Shown: positions 13,461 to 25,960 of the stretch, in pieces
How positions within the stretch are numbered: the first letter of the stretch is position 1
Layout: every line of letters starts with the position of its first letter
NCBI RefSeq assembly: GCF_006345805.1
Contig: NC_043007.1
Coordinates: forward strand, 68,386,001-68,450,000
DNA from: Octopus sinensis
Lineage: Eukaryota
Reading direction: 5' to 3'
Length of the DNA: 64,000 nucleotides
Notes under the pieces: model-generated
The model's input: only the letters and a program-made list of their open reading frames with translations
Database searches by the model: none
What the model was told of the DNA's origin: nothing
Position numbers and translations under genes: made by a program

Positions 13461-14336
13461 TGAAAAACGATCGTTATACAAAGGGAAATTACTGTGTGAT
13501 TGACCCTTATTAAGACAAAAGAGCTATTTTTACTCCCTTACTTTTACTCCCTTCCCTCACTTAGCGGTCATTCAAACGAACGTACATATACCTACGTATC
13601 TCAGTTTTTCGTCCAGCTTACCAGATTAACGCAACACCGATAAGTTTAAAGTTAGGATTTACTAGTATATTGTGACGAGTGTATTGAAGAAGCTAACAAT
13701 CAAAGATCTAGATCTAGAAACTTCATCATCGTACTACGCAATCTTCACCTGTTGCGATATTTTTTTGTACTTTGTGATACTATGTATCAATAAGACATAC
13801 TTGCTCAAGAATAAGCACTTTTGGTGACTTTTAATAAGATACACTCTCCAAGTACTTGTCAAGAATGCTATCACACACACATACACCCACATACGCATTG
13901 TTTACGGAGATACGATTTAAAAGAATGACATATTGCATTTCAACACTTTTCCGTAAATATTTGACGTTCTTCTGTTTCGCCTATGATCTATAAAAGATTA
14001 CATCAACCCACATTCCTGCCATTTACATTTAATTTTAATAGCAAATAATATTACATAACGTGTCAATCCCTTTTTAAATCACAATTATTATTTTGTTCGT
14101 GTTTTAGAATATAGTTATAAACATAATCATTATGTTGAAACTTAAATTAATCACCTTAACACAAAAACACCTACTCCCACCTCAAGATATATTTTGTTTT
14201 CTCACATCGATTATGTCGTCGTAAATATACTGTCACTTTTTCCTTCACCATATTTATATAGCAAAATATTTACATGGTTGCGCGTTATGTATGTATGTAT
14301 GTATGTATGTATGTATGTATGTATGTATGTATGATG

Positions 14337-14433
<97 letters not shown>

Positions 14434-14647
14434 TGTGTGTGTGAGCGTGTGAATGTATGTACATATGAATTATTGTTCACAGAAATGGCAGTTTGATATA
14501 GTGAAGTGCGAGGGATGAAAGTATGACTACATGACGTGTAATTTCGTAAATATAAGGGCTTTAAATGTACGATATTGTAAAGTTATATACGATAGAAATA
14601 TATATATATCTTTATATATATATATATATATAATATATATATATATA

Positions 14648-14850
14648 GTTATTCCAAACATGAAAACACAAAGAGGAAACACAACAACGCGAGGACGTGG
14701 AACAAACATAGTATTATTCGACGCTCAGGATGGAAGGGAAGAAGGATGATTTAACGTTTCGAGCGGAACTCTTCGTCAGAAACATAGGAAAAGGAAAGAT
14801 CCAGAGAAAGGAAGACGAAGGAAAAAAATCGCCAACGGTACACACGCGGT
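14648..14850 (-). mobile_element. Short HHR-bearing PLE-type unit between (TA)n tracts
   Basis: About 200 bp non-coding, TA runs on both sides, contains HHR. Confidence 0.6.
14746..14785 (-). ncRNA. Minimal type I hammerhead ribozyme
   Basis: atgttt CTGACGA a gag-ttccg-ctc GAAA cGTT aaatcat; palindromic AACGTT stem III. Confidence 0.8.
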
Positions 14851-14945
14851 CACATATATATATATATATCTGTATCAATAATACAGTGATTGCTTCTTAT
14901 CAGGAACAAAATGTTTAATAAGGAACAAAATGTTTTGGGGTAATT

Positions 14946-16589
14946 TTGGCGGGAAGAGAAACACTTATCTCCTATAACAAGAGTGACTGGCAGAGAGCCG
15001 ACTCAAATAATATTTTTGATATAACCATGGGGTCATCAGATTCTCCACAGGTGACTGACCTAGTTGGCCTATATCTACTCTCTGAAATTAAGAAAAGCTT
15101 CCCTCATCTTACTGGCGGATTGTATAGGGATGATACCCATTTTGCCGTGCTGGGCCTCACGAAGACGGAATTAAACAGATTAAAGACATCGCTGAGAAGC
15201 GTCTTGAGGGACTTTTTTAATCTTGACTTCATCTTCGACATTAATTCTAGGGTGGTAAACTTTTTGGATGTTACCTTGTGTCTAAATACCGGTCTCTATT
15301 ATCCCTTTCGTAAGCCTAATAAATCAATATCATATATTAATGTATCATCCAATCACCCAAAATCCACAATAGACGGCATCGTTACGGCGATTTCAACTAG
15401 AATATCTAACTTATCTGCGAATGAAAAGATTTTTGAACAGCATGCACCGGTGTATAATAATGCCCTAAGATTAAGTGGTTTCAAATCTAAAATATTTTGT
15501 ATCCTTAATACTAGACTCAAAAACAAAATGGCTGGTTTGCCATTTAAGCACGTCACAAATACTATGAATAAATGCAGGGAACCCCCCAACTGCAATAATA
15601 GGAAGCCCTTGTGTAGTAATGTGTTTAAGGATACTCGCAATAGGTACAGGTATAAGAAAATTAATAATTTTGAGAAGGAGTTAAACAAAACGGGAGGTTC
15701 ACGGTCTAGAATAAGGGAAATTGTTTGGTTCGCTCCCTCTTTCTCCCTTAGAGTAAGGAACTTACCAAAAATGTTTTTTAGAATTCTGAAGGAGAACTTC
15801 CCAAAGAATCATAAATACTATAGCATTTGCAACAAATCAGCGATCAAGTTCTCTTACTCTGTAATGCTTAACTTTGCTTCGATTATTGCATCAATCAATA
15901 GAAGCAAGCTTGCTGGGCGGAATAGCTGGAAAAGTTCTTTTGTGGATGACCAAGGAACTGCGTATAATAATTTTGTAACGCCTAATGCCAATGGAACAAA
16001 CAGTCTGCCTTTACCGGATCTATCGAACCCATGTAATAAGGGAAGATTTGATGCAATGAAAGAGGGAAACTTGCCAAGAACTGGAGACACAAAATGTAAA
16101 GGTAACAATAGAAATAAAACTAGGAAAGGCCCCGGAAAGAAATGTAATTGTAGAAACCCCGAATTATGCCCTTTAGATGGTTCCTGTCTAGTTACTAACG
16201 TTATATATAAATGTGTAGTCATTGACGAGGATAGGTTAAATAAATTTTATATAGGTAGCACAATAGATTTTAAGGCTAGATATAGATCACATATGAGCTC
16301 ATTTTCTATCGATAAATACTGTAATTCTACAACACTTGCATCCCATATACACAATTTAAAGAAAAATAATAAGAATTATTATCTAGAATGGTCCATTATC
16401 TCTAAAACCCCAAATTTCAAGGGAAATATTAACAGGTGTAAGCTGTGCATAAAGTAATCCCTTACCATCCTTAGGTGTTATGGACCGCACATTTTGAATA
16501 AATTTACTGATGTGATTCCCTTTTGCATCCATAAATTTTCTTCTACATTTTTAAAAGTGTATAGAAATAAAATAAGTCATAGAAAATAA
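14946..16589 (+). pseudogene. PLE reverse transcriptase (C-terminal half) + Cys-rich linker + GIY-YIG endonuclease; 5' truncated, one premature TAA at 16455
   Basis: FDITMGSSD..LVGLYLL, GLYRDD, VNFLDVTL, PFRKPN, SNHP, IVWFAPSFS, CNCR..CPLDGSCL, VIY...FYIGST, CKLC; reading frame resumes after the TAA with SLTILR..LNKFTDVIPFCIH to a stop at 16587-16589. Confidence 0.9.
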
Positions 16590-16822
16590 ATAGTTTAGCT
16601 CTTATAGGGATTGAAACCACAGAGGTTCAATTTAATTAAATTTAATTTAATACACCCATTTTTTTTCTTTTTACTGCTTTATTTTTCTACTGCTTTATAT
16701 AAAATAAATTTTTTACTGCTTTAATTCTTTCTTCTGGGCTCGTCTGAGCATGACTGCTTCAATAAGAAAACATACAATATTGTGTTAAGTCTGCTACGCG
16801 ATGATGTCTGTCTCTCTATTTT

Positions 16823-16904
16823 TTCCCCCGACGAAGGAGTTATTAGCGTGATGCACCCTAGTGCTTTAAACACAATAATATACCCCCGAAATGGCCATAG
16901 GGAA
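16823..16904 (+). ncRNA. Type I hammerhead in the PLE 3' pLTR (U4C core variant)
   Basis: ttccc CCGACGA agg..long stem II..cc GAAA tggcca TA gggaa; palindromic stem III. Confidence 0.75.
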
Positions 16905-17370
16905 TTTAGTAAATATGGTTTCCTCTTTTTTAACTATAAGGCCTCTCTTATTCGATAAGTAATTTTATAAGACTTTCTAAACGATGAACATTTATTTTAT
17001 TTTACATTATATATTATATATTTCTATTTGCTTCCTATATTTATATATTTTTATATATTTCTATATACCTATATATTTATATATTACTTTATACTATATT
17101 TTTACGTCTTACCTTCTAGGGTTGTAATGTTTTTTAAAAAAAATATATTTTTCTTAATCGCTAAAGTATTAACTTTTAACTGTGATGAACTGTATTCACA
17201 TATTCAAACATTTTTTCTCGCACTTTCTTATATGCTTGTACAGATGAATTATATTCCATCTTCCGTGATGTCTAAATGTATATTCTATGATTAAATGTTC
17301 GAGTTATGAAATGTTCTTGGATGACTTTGCATTTGTTTGTTCTATAACTTTAGTTTGATATATATATATA

Positions 17371-17662
17371 TCTGTAAATGTAATATGTGATAATTATTTG
17401 GTAGCCATGATAAAACTCCGAGTTTTGGATGCCGAGGTGGAAATCTCTTCAGTTATCAGGCCATCGGGAAAAATGTTATTTTATTCCGATGACCGGATAA
17501 CTGAAGAGATGGCGGCGTGGATTTCTACCTCGGAATCCGAAACTCGGAGTTTTATCCTGGCTACCGAATAATTGTCACATATTACATTTACAGATAAATT
17601 CCTCTATTTACATAATATCGAGGTCTCTTTCATTCTTTTGTTGTCTTACCATTTTTATCAAT
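17371..17662. mobile_element. Fold-back (head-to-head) P1 unit in (TA)n
   Basis: 17371-17470 is the inverted copy of about 17485-17595; plus arm continues to the P1 3' end. Confidence 0.85.
17495..17557 (+). ncRNA. Type I hammerhead ribozyme (P1)
   Basis: ggataa CTGAAGA gat..atcc GAAA ctcggag TT ttatcc; mutated mirror copy at 17409-17457 (-). Confidence 0.8.
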
Positions 17663-18218
17663 ATGTATATATATATATATATATTTGCTTACTTACAACA
17701 AACATTTTATACCTTGGACAGACTCTATCTAAATACAAACTTTAAAATATCTGCGACGTAGATACTTTGAAATTTGTGCTTATGTAGAGTCTGACGAGCT
17801 GTCCACAAGTCATTGCTTTGTGGATGCAAAACCTTGGGTAACTCTATGTTCAGATATTAAATTTTTGTTGTAATAATTATTGTTGTATTCATTAGAAAGA
17901 TAGATAGATTGATAAACAAATAGACAGATAGACAGATAGATAGTTAAAACTATAAATCTATGCGCAGTTAAACATTTTGATGTACCAACAAAAGAAAAAT
18001 ATTTGGAATAACAGTTATTAGAATAGAAATTATTTTGTATTTCCCCATGGACCATCAACATAATCTCCCATTCTCTTTCCTCCCCTCTCTCACTCACCCA
18101 ATCCATACCTCCCTCCTTTCCTCCCTCACTCAGTCACTCACTTTTAATTTCCTTGTCTCTCTGCCTCTCATATTACTTGCTATTCCTTTGTTTATATGTG
18201 TGTGTGCGTGGTGTATGT

Positions 18219-18264
<46 letters not shown>

Positions 18265-18397
18265 GTATGTATGAATATCTATACTTGTCATTATTCTGTT
18301 TATTTCAAAATTTCTTGCCAATATAGAAAGAACCGATTTGTAACAGAGATCCAAGGCTCCTCCATTGGAATTTCAACATCAACAGTAGGCTATTTTT

Positions 18398-18462
18398 GTA
18401 TGTATGTATGTATGTATGTATGTATGTATGTATGTATGTATGTATGTATGTATGTATGTGTG

Positions 18463-18496
<34 letters not shown>

Positions 18497-18630
18497 TGTA
18501 TGTATGTATGTATGTATGTATGTATGCATGCATGTATGTATGTATGTATGTGTGTGTATGTATGTATGTATGTATGTATGTATGTATGTATGTATGCATG
18601 TATATATGTATGAATGCATGTATGTATATT
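18398..18630. repeat. (TATG)n microsatellite
   Basis: Direct reading. Confidence 0.95.
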
Positions 18631-18749
18631 GTGCGATGAGGAAATTGTTACCATTTTATATCTTTAATTTCGCACATGCGCATTTTTTCTTTTATTTTGT
18701 CGACTACGCATTGGGCACTTTTGTGAGAAAAATAGCACCATGACTCAAT

Positions 18750-19178
18750 TTACTTAGCCAGAAAATGGAAACGACATGCTGTACTGCTTGGCCTTCCCGC
18801 CGGGAGGTCCAATACGAACATTAGTGTCAATCTGAGGACATGTATCGAGGGTGAGAAAAATCAAACATGCCGTCAACATCATAGTGATGGCGAAGTTATG
18901 CCTCCATTCATCTACTCACACGACCCAAGTCTCAACACGGTGGCCTACATCAAGCGCCTGGGTGAGGTAATGCTGCCCTAAATCAAAAGGGTGGCAACTG
19001 AAAGACGCTATGTTTGGCAACAGGATTTGCACCATGCCACACATGCTGGAGAATCCATCATAGTTGTCAGACAATTTCTGCGACTGCATCACCCCTAACA
19101 TCTGACCATCTAACTCCCCAGACTGCAATTTCCTTGATTATTATGTGTGGAGCGCAGTTGAGCGAGAGACCAACAAAA
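18750..19178 (+). mobile_element. Decayed mariner/maT-like transposase fragment
   Basis: KHAVNI..GEVMPPFI..AYIKRLGEVMLP.IKRVATERRYVWQQDLHHA..TPNI*PSNSPDCNFLDYYVWSAVERETNK. Confidence 0.8.
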
Positions 19179-19179
19179 A

Positions 19180-19733
19180 GTAGTGGTTTTCTGATTGCAG
19201 CCTTCCCGTGATATACGCCTCTGTGCAGCTCCCGGCTAACAATTTTTGTGGAAACTGGGTTTTCGGAGTGGTCATTAAGCTCTGCAGTAAATTTGGGAGC
19301 TGTACTTTTGTGATCCTTTTTAAGAATTCGCGTAAGAATCCGAAGGTCCCTATCTGAAAGTTATGGGCTTTTTCTGGTGTTTTGTTTCGACGAGGAGGTT
19401 TTTCCCTCTTTCTCAAAGGCTGTCATTACTTTTGAGACAGTACTTCTTGACACACCAAATATTTTGGCTGTTTTCGTTACGCTAGCGCCTGTCATACGGG
19501 CACCAACAATTTGACCTCTTGAAAGTCCGATCGATCTGTCATTTTAATGAATTTTAATTACCTTTTTCTGATGGCATCTGAAAAGAAACAGCAATTTTGG
19601 CAAATCATATAAAGCAACACTAATAATAAATCAAGAAACATAAAATTAAACAAGCTTTTGATGCTTTTATAGATATATAAAATTTATGATGCTATGATGC
19701 TAGGTGTTTCCATTGTTTTGTCCAACTCCTGTA
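19180..19733 (-). mobile_element. Tc1 transposon 5' half with TIR
   Basis: GQIVGARMTGASVTKTAKIFGVSRSTVSKVMTAFEKEGK...HGKAAIRKPLL; TIR TA|CAGGAGTTGGACAAAACAATGGAAAC, similar to 52806-52830. Confidence 0.85.
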
Positions 19734-19853
19734 TGTATGTACGCAACTACAATATATCAGTGTAAAATATGTATGTATGTATAAATATATATATATGCAC
19801 GTACGTATATATATTTACATATACGTATGTAAAATATACGAGTGTAAAATACG

Positions 19854-19901
<48 letters not shown>

Positions 19902-21100
19902 CGTGAATCTTTAAATACATATACATACACATGTAAACATATACACACACTCATACGCACATAAGCACAAATGCACAAATACGTACACACAGACTCACAG
20001 ATAGACACACACACACATACATGCACATATTGATCTCGCTATAGAAAGTTTGTATCAAAATCTTGAGTAGGTTTGAAAGTACACCGGTATGTGAACATAT
20101 TAAATAATATCCACTATATTTGTTTGATTGGTTCAGGAGACATTCGTCTGTTTTCTCTTGGCAACAGGCTAATAATATTCTCTTTTACTCTTTCCTGTTC
20201 GTCGATGTATAAAAGGTAACATGCAACGAAATCTGGCAACTATAACAGTTGTTAAGCTGTAAGTAACTGAAAAAGGAATGTCTGTTGCTATGGTACTTTG
20301 AATAGGTTTCTCGGATATAAAGCTGAGGAACTCAGTGGTTGCCTGTTTTTGTTCCAAATTAGCAAACAACTAGATTTTATAGAGATTTTCTAAAAATCCG
20401 TTATGTCTTTCTTTAAATGATTTTATTAGAGAATTTATATCTGCATATATAATATTAAAAAATAAATGTAAAAACTAGGAAAAAGCCGTACAGTCTCTTG
20501 CGCAAGTAGGCATACTGACACGATATGTGCACATAGCAGCCTTCAGCATTCAGGCATACGCTGCATTCATACATGTGCAGCATTCAGACATTCGTTTTGG
20601 ATCTATTAGTTGACTGAACATCGTAAACTTGAGCCTCATAGCGTGAACTTTTAAAATGTCAGCTTCAGATTTCGGATTTAAAATTGAGATATTAATCCGT
20701 AGTTCTATTAAGTATATTCTCATTTAGTTGGCATAGACAAACAACATTTGAGAAGAAAAGGTCAGCATCCCCATCATCTCAAAGAACGCCTAGCATGCGA
20801 GAAATATTGGTGCATCAAAACTTCCACCGGTTTGGGTATTTTCTAAGAATAGAAAAAAAAATTATACAAAGAAATATTAGTTAAATAACAACAGATCGGA
20901 TAGAATTTGGGACAGAGCTCCGTCAATACACACTACGATCTAATAGAAGGCGAGCGATTTTAATTAGAAGAGAGATGACTGGACTCCCTAAAGTACGCAG
21001 ATTTGATTGGAGATTTACATGCCAGAAATAACTGAAATCATTAGTGACGATGCTTCAATCAAATCTTTCCAAAGCGATAACCCACTATCTCTCTCTCTAA

Positions 21101-21186
<86 letters not shown>

Positions 21187-21324
21187 GCCTGTCTGTCTGT
21201 CTGTCTGTCTGTCTCTCTGTCTGTCTATCTATCTATCTATCTATCATTCTATCTATTTATCTTCTCTCTCTCACTCTTTACACACATACACATATATGTT
21301 TATATTACATATGTTTAAGCCCGT

Positions 21325-21379
<55 letters not shown>

Positions 21380-21409
21380 GCATACATATTTATGTGTGTA
21401 TATTTGCCT

Positions 21410-21592
21410 CCCCCTGCTACCGCTTGACAACGGATGTTGGTATGATTACATGCCCGAAACTTAGCGCTTCGGTGAAAGAAACCGATAGAATAAGTACTAG
21501 ACTTACAAATAAGCCCTGGAGTCGATTTCTTCGACTAAAAGAGGTGATCTAACATGGCTGTAGTCAACTGACAGAAACAAGTAAAAGAGTTA
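21410..21592 (+). mobile_element. SINE family B 3' half, diverged
   Basis: gcttgacaac..accgatagaataagtact..gtcgatt..tcgactaaa..gaaacaagtaaaagag. Confidence 0.75.
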
Positions 21593-22120
21593 GAAAGCAA
21601 AAGAATATATATGTGAATAACGATTTAACTCATAACATGGACACACATACACAAACACATACACACTCTCACACACATATATGCATACATGTATATTTTA
21701 CTAATAATACAATTTTAGAAAAATGACTCCGAGTGTTTCGTTATTGTTTATTCAAGCAATTGATAGATAGTATCGGGGCAATATTATAGTAAAAAGCAGA
21801 AACAGGACTCCGTCTGTCTGTTCGTCACAATATCTCTAAAGGACGGGAAAAAGGACAGGTATCAAAATATACGTCACAGAGTATTTTTAGATGAAAAGGA
21901 AGAGAAAAATGTTGAGAGATAAAAACAGTGCGATAGTGAGTGTATGTGTGAAAGATGGATAGATAAACAGATAGATAAATAAATAGAAAGATAGGAGTAT
22001 ATGTTTCAACGGAAGACAAGAAAATACCGACAAAAGAAAAGAAAAGACTTTCACTTTGAGCAGTTTACGAAAGTACGTACATGATTAACATATATGGATC
22101 TTTACCTTTTGACCTACAGA

Positions 22121-22675
22121 TTTAAAAAATAAGTTTTTGTAACTAAACACTTTCAAACTTCGGACACTGGTAGAATGTGTCATATAAAACATCTTTTACT
22201 CTCAGCATTTTTGACAAAAACTTATATTTAGGAAGTTATTTCACGTTAAAGTTCTCGTATTTCGGTAATTTCAACCAATCTATGACGTGTATTCAGCTGA
22301 ATAAAGTTACTGCCGTTGATTGTCAACAACAACTATCGGCGGTGTTTTTTTCGTTTGTCTCTGTTATTTATGACAACCCTAAGCCTAAAATCTTAAGCCT
22401 GACCCTAACCCTAACCCTAACCATGACCCTAAAACTCTAACCCTAACCCTAAAACCCTAACCCCAATCTTAAAACCTTAACCCTAAAACCCTAACCCTAA
22501 AACCTTAAAACCAGTACAAACACACGAACGATGTCATAAATAACAGCGACAAACGAAAAATATACCACCAATAGTTGTTGTTGACAAACAACGGCAGGAA
22601 TTTTATTCAGCTGAATACACGTCATTAATTGGTTGAAATTACCGAAATACGAGGACTTTAACGTGAAATAGTTTT
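22121..22675. mobile_element. MITE/fold-back element with approx. 139-bp inverted repeats around a degenerate (CCCTAA)n array
   Basis: Arms 22237-22375 and 22532-22670; core 22376-22512 telomere-like repeats. Confidence 0.8.
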
Positions 22676-23076
22676 ACCGGCAGCGTAGTGACAAGTGAAC
22701 GATAGTATTTAATTGAATTCGTTGGTGATCAAATTAAACTTTGGTTTCTTATCGAGGTTTCTTCGAATGTTAGAAGCGAGAGGATGTGCATCACATTCAA
22801 TGATTCATTGGTCATACTCATGTGATGAACTCATCAGTTCAGATAATGATACCACATTGCAAATTCTTTAGTATCATATGCATAATCCGTACTAAAACAG
22901 GGTTGGTAGTTGTTTCAGTGTTAGAATTACTTCAATTAACGGTAACTGCAAACGATTTACGAAGTATATACGAACTCTGTTTCATGTATTCCGTAATTCA
23001 TCGGTCATTTGAAAACAAGCATTCTCCACATCCTAGATGCAGCATACACACACATACATATTTTAATGAATACTTG

Positions 23077-23149
<73 letters not shown>

Positions 23150-23242
23150 TATACATATATGCACTCTCACACGTATATGTATACATGTATGTATGTGTGT
23201 GTATATATATATATGTTATATATATGTGTGTGCATCGTGTGT

Positions 23243-23520
23243 CGGAGACCCCTTCAGTCACGAATGACCAAGGGATTGCACCTAGAAATTTACCCTCCGA
23301 GGCACAAGTCCAGGCAAGGTTGCTTATGGAAGACCAGCAGTCACCCATGCATAGCAGCCTCCCCTCTCCACGCCACTGATGTTATCCAAGGGAAAGGCAA
23401 AGGCCGATACAGTGACCTTGCAACTAATTTCTACAGCTGAGTAAACTGGATCAACGTGAAATAAAGTGTCTTGCTCAAGAACATAATACGCACCCCGGTC
23501 CGGGATTCAAACTCACAACA
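23243..23520 (-). mobile_element. CORE-like SINE family D (head truncated)
   Basis: Aligns with 29388-29680. Confidence 0.8.
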
Positions 23521-23588
23521 TATACATATATTCATACATGTAGATGTTTGTCTGTGAGTCTGTGTGATGAGGATGCATTTACTTATAT

Positions 23589-23634
<46 letters not shown>

Positions 23635-23851
23635 ACACACATACATGCACACACAAATACATATATACACAAACACACACGTATACATTGATATACACAT
23701 ACACAGTCCCATACATGCACTTGTTTAACAATAAGACTTCCAACCTGTGATCTCAACCGATTTGACTACACGAATGGCTATATTCGAAAAAACTGTCCAT
23801 TGATTAATAAGTAAAAGCAAATGATTATACTACTACTACTACTACTACTAT

Positions 23852-23899
<48 letters not shown>

Positions 23900-24047
23900 C
23901 AAAATCGACAACTATAACAGCAACATCAATAATAAGGAGAATAATGGTTTCAAACTTTGGTACAAGAAACATAATTTTGAAGCGAAGGGGGCCATTGAGT
24001 AATATCAAAACCAGTACTTGACTGGTACTATATTTGATCGACCTCGA

Positions 24048-24100
<53 letters not shown>

Positions 24101-24104
<4 letters not shown>

Positions 24105-24373
24105 CACTAATAAGATAGTGCTCATGAGAACTGATCATATCCTACGCAAAATACTTTCTATGTAATCTTAAGGTTTAAAACAAACATAATTTTCGGTTTA
24201 AAAAAAAAAAATTATTTTTTAGACATTCATAAGTACAACACCCCCCCCCCCAAATATATGGCATGCTAGGCATAACAACAACATGAACTTCCAACCTGTT
24301 GTCTCTTGAGGTATCTGGGTGAGACTTGGAGCCAACTTGTACAAATATAAAGCAAAAGTCAAACATAGAATAA

Positions 24374-24419
<46 letters not shown>

Positions 24420-25960
24420 CAGCTTCCATTAGATTAGATATCGACACTATTACAAATACCTGGGGATAAACGAAGGAGATTGTATACAACATGCTACTCA
24501 GAAGGAAAAAATAAGGAAAAGAATATTACCGGGGAATAAACTCATACTAAAAACTGAACTTAACTCTAAAAATCGCATCGAAGCCATTAACACCCTGGCA
24601 CTTCCAGCAGTCCGATATAATTTTGACGTCATTAAGTGGAATCTTACAGTGCTACAAAATCAGCGCTCCTGAGCCAGTCGTTGAAGGTAAAAATGTCACT
24701 ATCTTCTGAGATTTTTCAGTCAACATTATCAGAACGATCCAGGCTAATCGACCAGACATAATTATTAAAGACAGGGAAGAAAATACTTGCACACTAATAG
24801 ATGTAAGTGTTCCCACGGATAAAAATATATTGGTCAAGGAATTTGACGAACTAAGTAGATATAATGACTTAGAAATTGAAATACAAAAGATGTGGCATCT
24901 TAAAAACGAGAACCGTTCCTGTTATTGTAGGTTCCCTAGGTATGATAAAAAGGGGATGTCAGAAACATCAAGATAAGATCCCAGGAGAACCATGTCTCAG
25001 AGAAATCCAAAAGATTGTGCTGACAAGTATTGCCTACATCTTTAGAAAAAAAACCTATCCATTTAAAGGTTTATATTGTATTACATGAAGATATCTCACT
25101 AACTTCCTTCCCCAAGCTTTGAGTCATACTGTAATTCTCTTGTCCTTCACTGGTTCCAGGACGTTGGGTGTGTCTCGGCAAGTCACTGTAGCAAAGATGC
25201 AGATTAAAAGTAAATAACCAAAAAACAACAACAACAACAATAATTATAATAATAATAATAATAATCACAACTCAAACCTCTGGAACATCACCGTTCAAAC
25301 TGACAGAAAGATAGATGCGAATAGGCCAGACATTATATTGAAAGACTTCAGACAAAATCATGCCTGCTCATTGATATGACTGTCCCAATCGACTTAAATG
25401 AATCTGTCAAGACCTAACAAAAACTGAGCAAGTGTAAAGATCTTAAAATAGAAGTTGCCAAAATGTGGATCTTCAAGACTAAAACAATACCTGTTGTCAT
25501 AGGTGCCTCAGGAAGGATAGATAGTGAAATGATGAAGGCATAAGAACCTGAATCCGGTTATAAATACATAGGAATACTTGAGACACATGGATTTAAACGC
25601 GATATGAAAGAAAAGACAAAGAAAGAGTACCTGCGGTGAGTGAGAAAAATATTGGCTTCAGAGCTAAATGCCAGAAACATAATTTCGGCAATAAACTTGC
25701 GCGCAGTCGCAGTATTTCGGTATGGTGCTGAAATCCTGAAGTGGACAGTGAAGTTAAATAAGTTGGACAGGAAGATAAGAAAGCTCCTAACGATTCATAG
25801 TGCCATTCATCTGCGTACAGGCATTGATCGTCTATTCACGAAGAGAGCAAATAGAGGAAGGGGACTGATAAATGTGGAAGACTGCATGCGTATAGAGTTC
25901 GGGAGCTTAATGAGGTACCTATACCAAAGTAAGGAAATATTGCTAATGTCAGTAAGGGCG
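24101..25960 (+). mobile_element. Cluster of R4/Dong-like LINE fragments (RT thumb and restriction-like endonuclease) separated by (TAA)n
   Basis: YKYLGINEG..LKTELNSKNRIEAINTLALP; ANRPDIIIKD..LIDVSVPTD..YNDLEIEIQKMW..VPVIVGSLG; RKILASELNARNIISAIN..RGRGLINVED. Confidence 0.8.

Larger units (their letters stand above)
14900..17360 (+). mobile_element. 5'-truncated Penelope-like retroelement (Naiad-type), inserted in (TA)n
   Basis: RT-GIY-YIG ORF, 3' UTR with HHR, TA runs at both ends. Confidence 0.9.

Noticed and set aside
15353-16222. Minus-strand ORFs of 111 and 122 aa
   Set aside because: Antisense to the PLE ORF
16745-16810. SECIS-like spacing (ATGA-N13-AAAA...TGAT) downstream of the Naiad-type ORF
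   Set aside because: The helix between ATGA and the 3' GA pairs poorly and the visible ORF has no in-frame TGA (the premature stop is TAA); SECISearch on the family consensus would settle it
22376-22512. True telomere or chromosome-fusion scar
   Set aside because: Short, degenerate, single orientation and enclosed by transposon-like inverted arms
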